Shown one piece after another: positions 60,570 through 64,000 of a DNA stretch of 64,000 bases; the stretch's first letter is position 1, and every line of letters starts with the position of its first letter. The translations under genes and the position numbers were made by a program. This DNA comes from Lama guanicoe. Lineage: Eukaryota. The notes below the pieces were generated by a model. The model saw nothing but the letters and a program-made list of their open reading frames with translations. It did not search any database and had not been told where the DNA came from. The stretch spans positions 994,001 to 1,058,000 of the forward strand of contig MU053431.1 in the NCBI GenBank assembly GCA_013239625.1. Reading direction: 5' to 3'.

Positions 60570-60700
60570 TCACATCTGCCATGTGGAGCAGTGGTTATGA
60601 GTACAGACAACCTGGTCTGGAATCCCAGCACTGCCCAGCACGACTTTGCTGTGTGACCTAGGGCCTATTACTTAACCTCTCTGAGCAGCAGCTTCATAAG
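60570..60700 (+). mobile_element. MIR 5' half (appears to resume at ~60945-61060)
   Basis: GCAGTGGTTATGAG...CCTGGTCTGGAATCCCAGC...GCTGTGTGACCTAGGGC..TTACTTAACCTCTCTGAGC. Confidence 0.8.
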
Positions 60701-60704
60701 TTAA

Positions 60705-60917
60705 AACGATCTCTGGCACTTCCTGGGTGCTCCACTGTGTGGGGAGCTGTTCTGATTGCTGTACCTGCATCATCGCACTGCATCACCCCGAACCTGGACC
60801 AGGGGGACTTGCGCCACTGCCCACACACTGAGAGGTGAGGGAACGCGCCCAAGGGCACGCAGCCTGCAAGAGATGGAGCCGCGACTCAGTCCCAGGCCGT
60901 CTGACCCCAGAGCCATG
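60705..60917 (-). mobile_element. MIR, opposite orientation
   Basis: GCACTTCCTGGGTGCTCCACTGTGT...GAGAGGTGAGGGAAC.CGCCCAAGGGCACGCAGC...GGAGCC...CCCAGGCCGTCTGACCCCAGAGCC. Confidence 0.7.
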
Positions 60918-61474
60918 TCAAAACCGAGCCTGGCCTCTCTTTCACAGAAGGGAGGTAACCATCATTCTTCCTTGTAAGACCATCCTGAGGCTCAAATGTG
61001 ATTCTCTGGTTCCGTTCCAAAGAGGCTGGCCTCGCCCCGGAGCACAGGGAGTGCGTGGTGCCTGTTGTAATTGTCTAAAGGGATATTCACAAACCTTGTC
61101 CTCACTCCTACCAGGGCCCAGTTACATCTGCTTCCCTCTCCCCCGCCCCCTCCCCCGGGGCCGCACACCTAGTGCTGTGTGTGCAGTGAGAAGGGGGTGA
61201 TGCAAGGTACTGCCCCTACAGCAGGATCATTCCCCACCTGCTGCCCCCCACCCACTGCACCTCCACCCACGGCACCCCTCCAGTCCTGGGTGGAACTCAA
61301 CCTTCCGGTCACTCAGGTGTCCGAGCCCTTCACGTGCTGGGCCCTCTGGGTGTGGGACCTCGTTCATCCTGCGGGGGCCCAGCATCCCCTGTTTGGAACC
61401 CCCGCCCCCTCTGCCTGCTGTGGCAGAGCCGAACTGGCCAGGCCACCCACAGGGAGACCAAGTGTATGGTGACG

Positions 61475-61620
61475 ACTCGGGCGCAGGCTCACCCTGCCTC
61501 TGCCACCAGGTTCCTGAGTGACCCTGGGCCGGTCACTCACCCTCTCTGAGCCTCAGTGTCCTCATCGACAAGTCGCTGCGGTGAAGAGGGTGGTGAGCGA
61601 GGGCAGAGGCGTGCAGCAGG
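61475..61620 (+). mobile_element. MIR fragment
   Basis: GTGACCCTGGGCCGGTCACTCACCCTCTCTGAGCCTCAGTGTCCTCATC, the MIR core. Confidence 0.75.
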
Positions 61621-62934
61621 TGCAGAGGTGCACCTCCCTGGGCTCAAGTCAAGTCAAGGTCGAGGCACCTCCCAGGGTCTCAGTTCCTGCCTGTGCTGAG
61701 AGGGTCTAACAGCCACGACTCTGCGTGAAGGCAAAGTGCCTAGAGCACGCCTGCGCGGTAACTGCGGGATCGGCATCTGCTCCTCGTTGTTACCAGGAAG
61801 GCTTTTCGGGAAGGAGATCACGGCCCTCCTCCCTTTCAGGATGGCCCGGGTGTCCCGGTTGTCACAGCTGTGCAGGTCCAGCCCAGTGAAACCTCCCCTG
61901 CCACGGGGCTCTGCCCCTTTTCCTGCCACCAGGTCGGGACAAAGCCCAGGGGACACGGGGGCTCACCTTTTACCTTTAACCCCCATGCTCTGTCCTGAGC
62001 CCAAGGTCAAGGGCAGAGGGCGGGAGGTGAGGTCAAGGACGTGGGCCAGGCCTGGCTCTGCAGGGCCTCATGGGCCAGGTGCGCAGCCTGGAATTTACCC
62101 GAAATCCGTGAGCTGTCTTTCCAGCTTCTTTGTAAAAGCATCTTCCTCTTGCATGCTACTTGGTCGAACTCACTTTTGAGATTCTGGAAGTTGTGCATCC
62201 AGGTCACAGTTCATAAGCTGCCATAAAATTCCACTTTCAGGAGTGCAGAGTCGACATTTTTGCCTGCAGTGAAGACGGCGAGTCGAGGAACTCTGCATTA
62301 ATTACAATGCATTGCTTCCTGCGGGGAGAGACTCGCAGGCTTGGCACCTGCCGGAAAGGCTCAGGCTTCAGCTCCTCCTAGGGCAGCTCGGGGTTGGCGT
62401 GGGAAGACTGGGTGTCTGGAAACTGCAGGGCAACTTGAAGGAAGTGTCTGGGCTTGTGATCGGTTTGCAAGAAAGCACAGAGGCCATGAGCAGCCTCTGC
62501 GACCTCGTACCCCCAGGATGTTCCCTGGGCCGGGCCTCAGGGCTGTGCACCTGGGAGAGGGCTGTGCAAGGACCTTTGCTTGACTGCCCCACCCCCAGCG
62601 GAGGGGGGACGGCCTGGCTGCGGGGGCGCACAGCGTCCAGGGAGAGCTGCCTGGCTCTGCTGTCCGTGATCCGGCAGAGAACCTCACTGCAGAGGGAGGG
62701 CTCCCTGAGCCTGCGCGGCAGCGGCCAGGGCTCCCAAGGTTCATTTCCATACTTAAAGGTGCTAACACCTACAGGCCTTCACTGCTGCTGCTGCTGCTTC
62801 GGGAGAAGCAGGGCGCCGCCCCGTTCTCCAGGTGCCTTGTACCGCCTCTGGTGTCCGGTCGCGCACACCACTTCTTACTTCCTGCGATTTATTCTCCGTG
62901 CAGCCGCCCGACCAGTCAATGTTTTTATAATAAA

Positions 62935-63445
62935 AATTAGATCACGTCACTGCTTTGCTTAGAATCCATCAATAGCTTTGCGTCACATTTGGAGTGAAGC
63001 GGGCCCCAGGCCCTCCGTGATCTGGTGGCTGCACTCGGGCCTGTCTTCCCACGGTCACTGCGTCTCCGGCTGCCTTGAGCAGGCCAAGTGCTTCCGAGCC
63101 TCGGAGTCTGCGGCTCGCCGCTACTGGAATGCCGTTTCCCCGCACCGTACCTGGCAAGCTCCTCTCCTGCCTTCAGAAACGTCACCCCCTCCAAGAGGCC
63201 TGCCCTGACCCCCTCAGTGCCGATTAGCTCCTCCCCTGCCCCACCATCCACTGCTCTCTGACGGCCCTGCGCACTTTCCCGTCCCGTAATTATCTATGTA
63301 TCATTCAAGATGAACCTCCTCACCAGACGGTGAGCTCCGTGAGGACCAGGGCTGTGTTCAGTTACAGCTGGATCCCTGATACCCGGGGTGGTGCTTTGCA
63401 CGTGGTCGGCAGTCAGTATACACGTACGTACCTGCCGCATGAATG
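62935..63445 (+). mobile_element. L2 3' region
   Basis: GGCCCTCCGTGATCTGG...CTGGAATGCC...GTCACCCCCTCCAAGAGGCCTGCCCTGACC...GTGAGCTCCGTGAGGACCAGG...ATGAATG. Confidence 0.75.
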
Positions 63446-64000
63446 CTGCTTGCTGCCTGTGGTGTGATGTGCATTTACGTCCCTGAGTATGTTTCAGCGA
63501 CTGTGTGACCCGGTATCTGGAAGCGCGAGCAAGGGCTGACTGACGTCGCCCGCCAGCTCATCTCAGTTGTACCCAGGAAGCTTTGCCACCAGACGTCACC
63601 CTTTCTGTCCCCCAGTGTGCTAACGGAGCTCCCACTGTGTGTCGGCCGTGGCGCTAAGCCCTGGGGTGCAGTCTTGAAAGGAGAGACCGGTTCTCCCCTT
63701 TAGCATCAATGTGTGATCACCCATACGCTGCGTTTATGCTACACTTTAAAAGGCTTATCTCCATACTTCAGGTGATGGTAATTACAGGCCTTAATGCTGC
63801 TAATCTAGAAATAAGTAGTATTTTCTTAGTTTTTCCAAGAGCCAACAATTAACACAGTCCCTCTCGCTGGTGTGGAATTTATTTCATTTAGACATTAGCA
63901 AGGGTTTTAATCAGCACATCCATACATAGACTGTCTATATAATTATGTTCTTAAATGGCCCTCGTATTTATTTCTACCCAGGACTGACCTCAAACCTTAA

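Noticed and set aside
1..64000. Remaining 60-280 aa ORFs and naming of a host gene
   Set aside because: Their Pro/Gly/Arg/Ala-rich composition and overlap on both strands are expected for GC-rich non-coding DNA; no recognisable domain or exon, so no gene symbol can be supported

Overview
This is 64 kb of GC-rich, CpG-retaining, non-coding DNA from a placental mammal, most plausibly a large intron or intergenic stretch in a high-recombination, subtelomere-like domain. I found no convincing protein-coding exon, RNA gene or CRISPR array; the long ORFs come from GC richness, simple repeats or decayed L1. The recognisable content is ancient interspersed repeats (MIR, L2, old L1M, MLT1/MER21/MER31 LTRs, and MER58, MER20 and Charlie1 hAT fossils) plus microsatellites. 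Four things stand out. (1) A ~2.3-kb minisatellite at 36381-38693 has 20-bp monomers organised as 37 identical 60-bp higher-order units. (2) A near-canonical REST/NRSF RE1 site lies at 39409-39429. (3) An old L1 retains its 5' end and carries an internal inversion plus deletion. (4) The old repeats show a pervasive AT-to-GC shift suggestive of GC-biased gene conversion. Repeat families were identified by eye against remembered consensus sequences, so subfamily labels and boundaries are approximate. I see no solid evidence of a novel biological system; the candidate leads are listed with tests.
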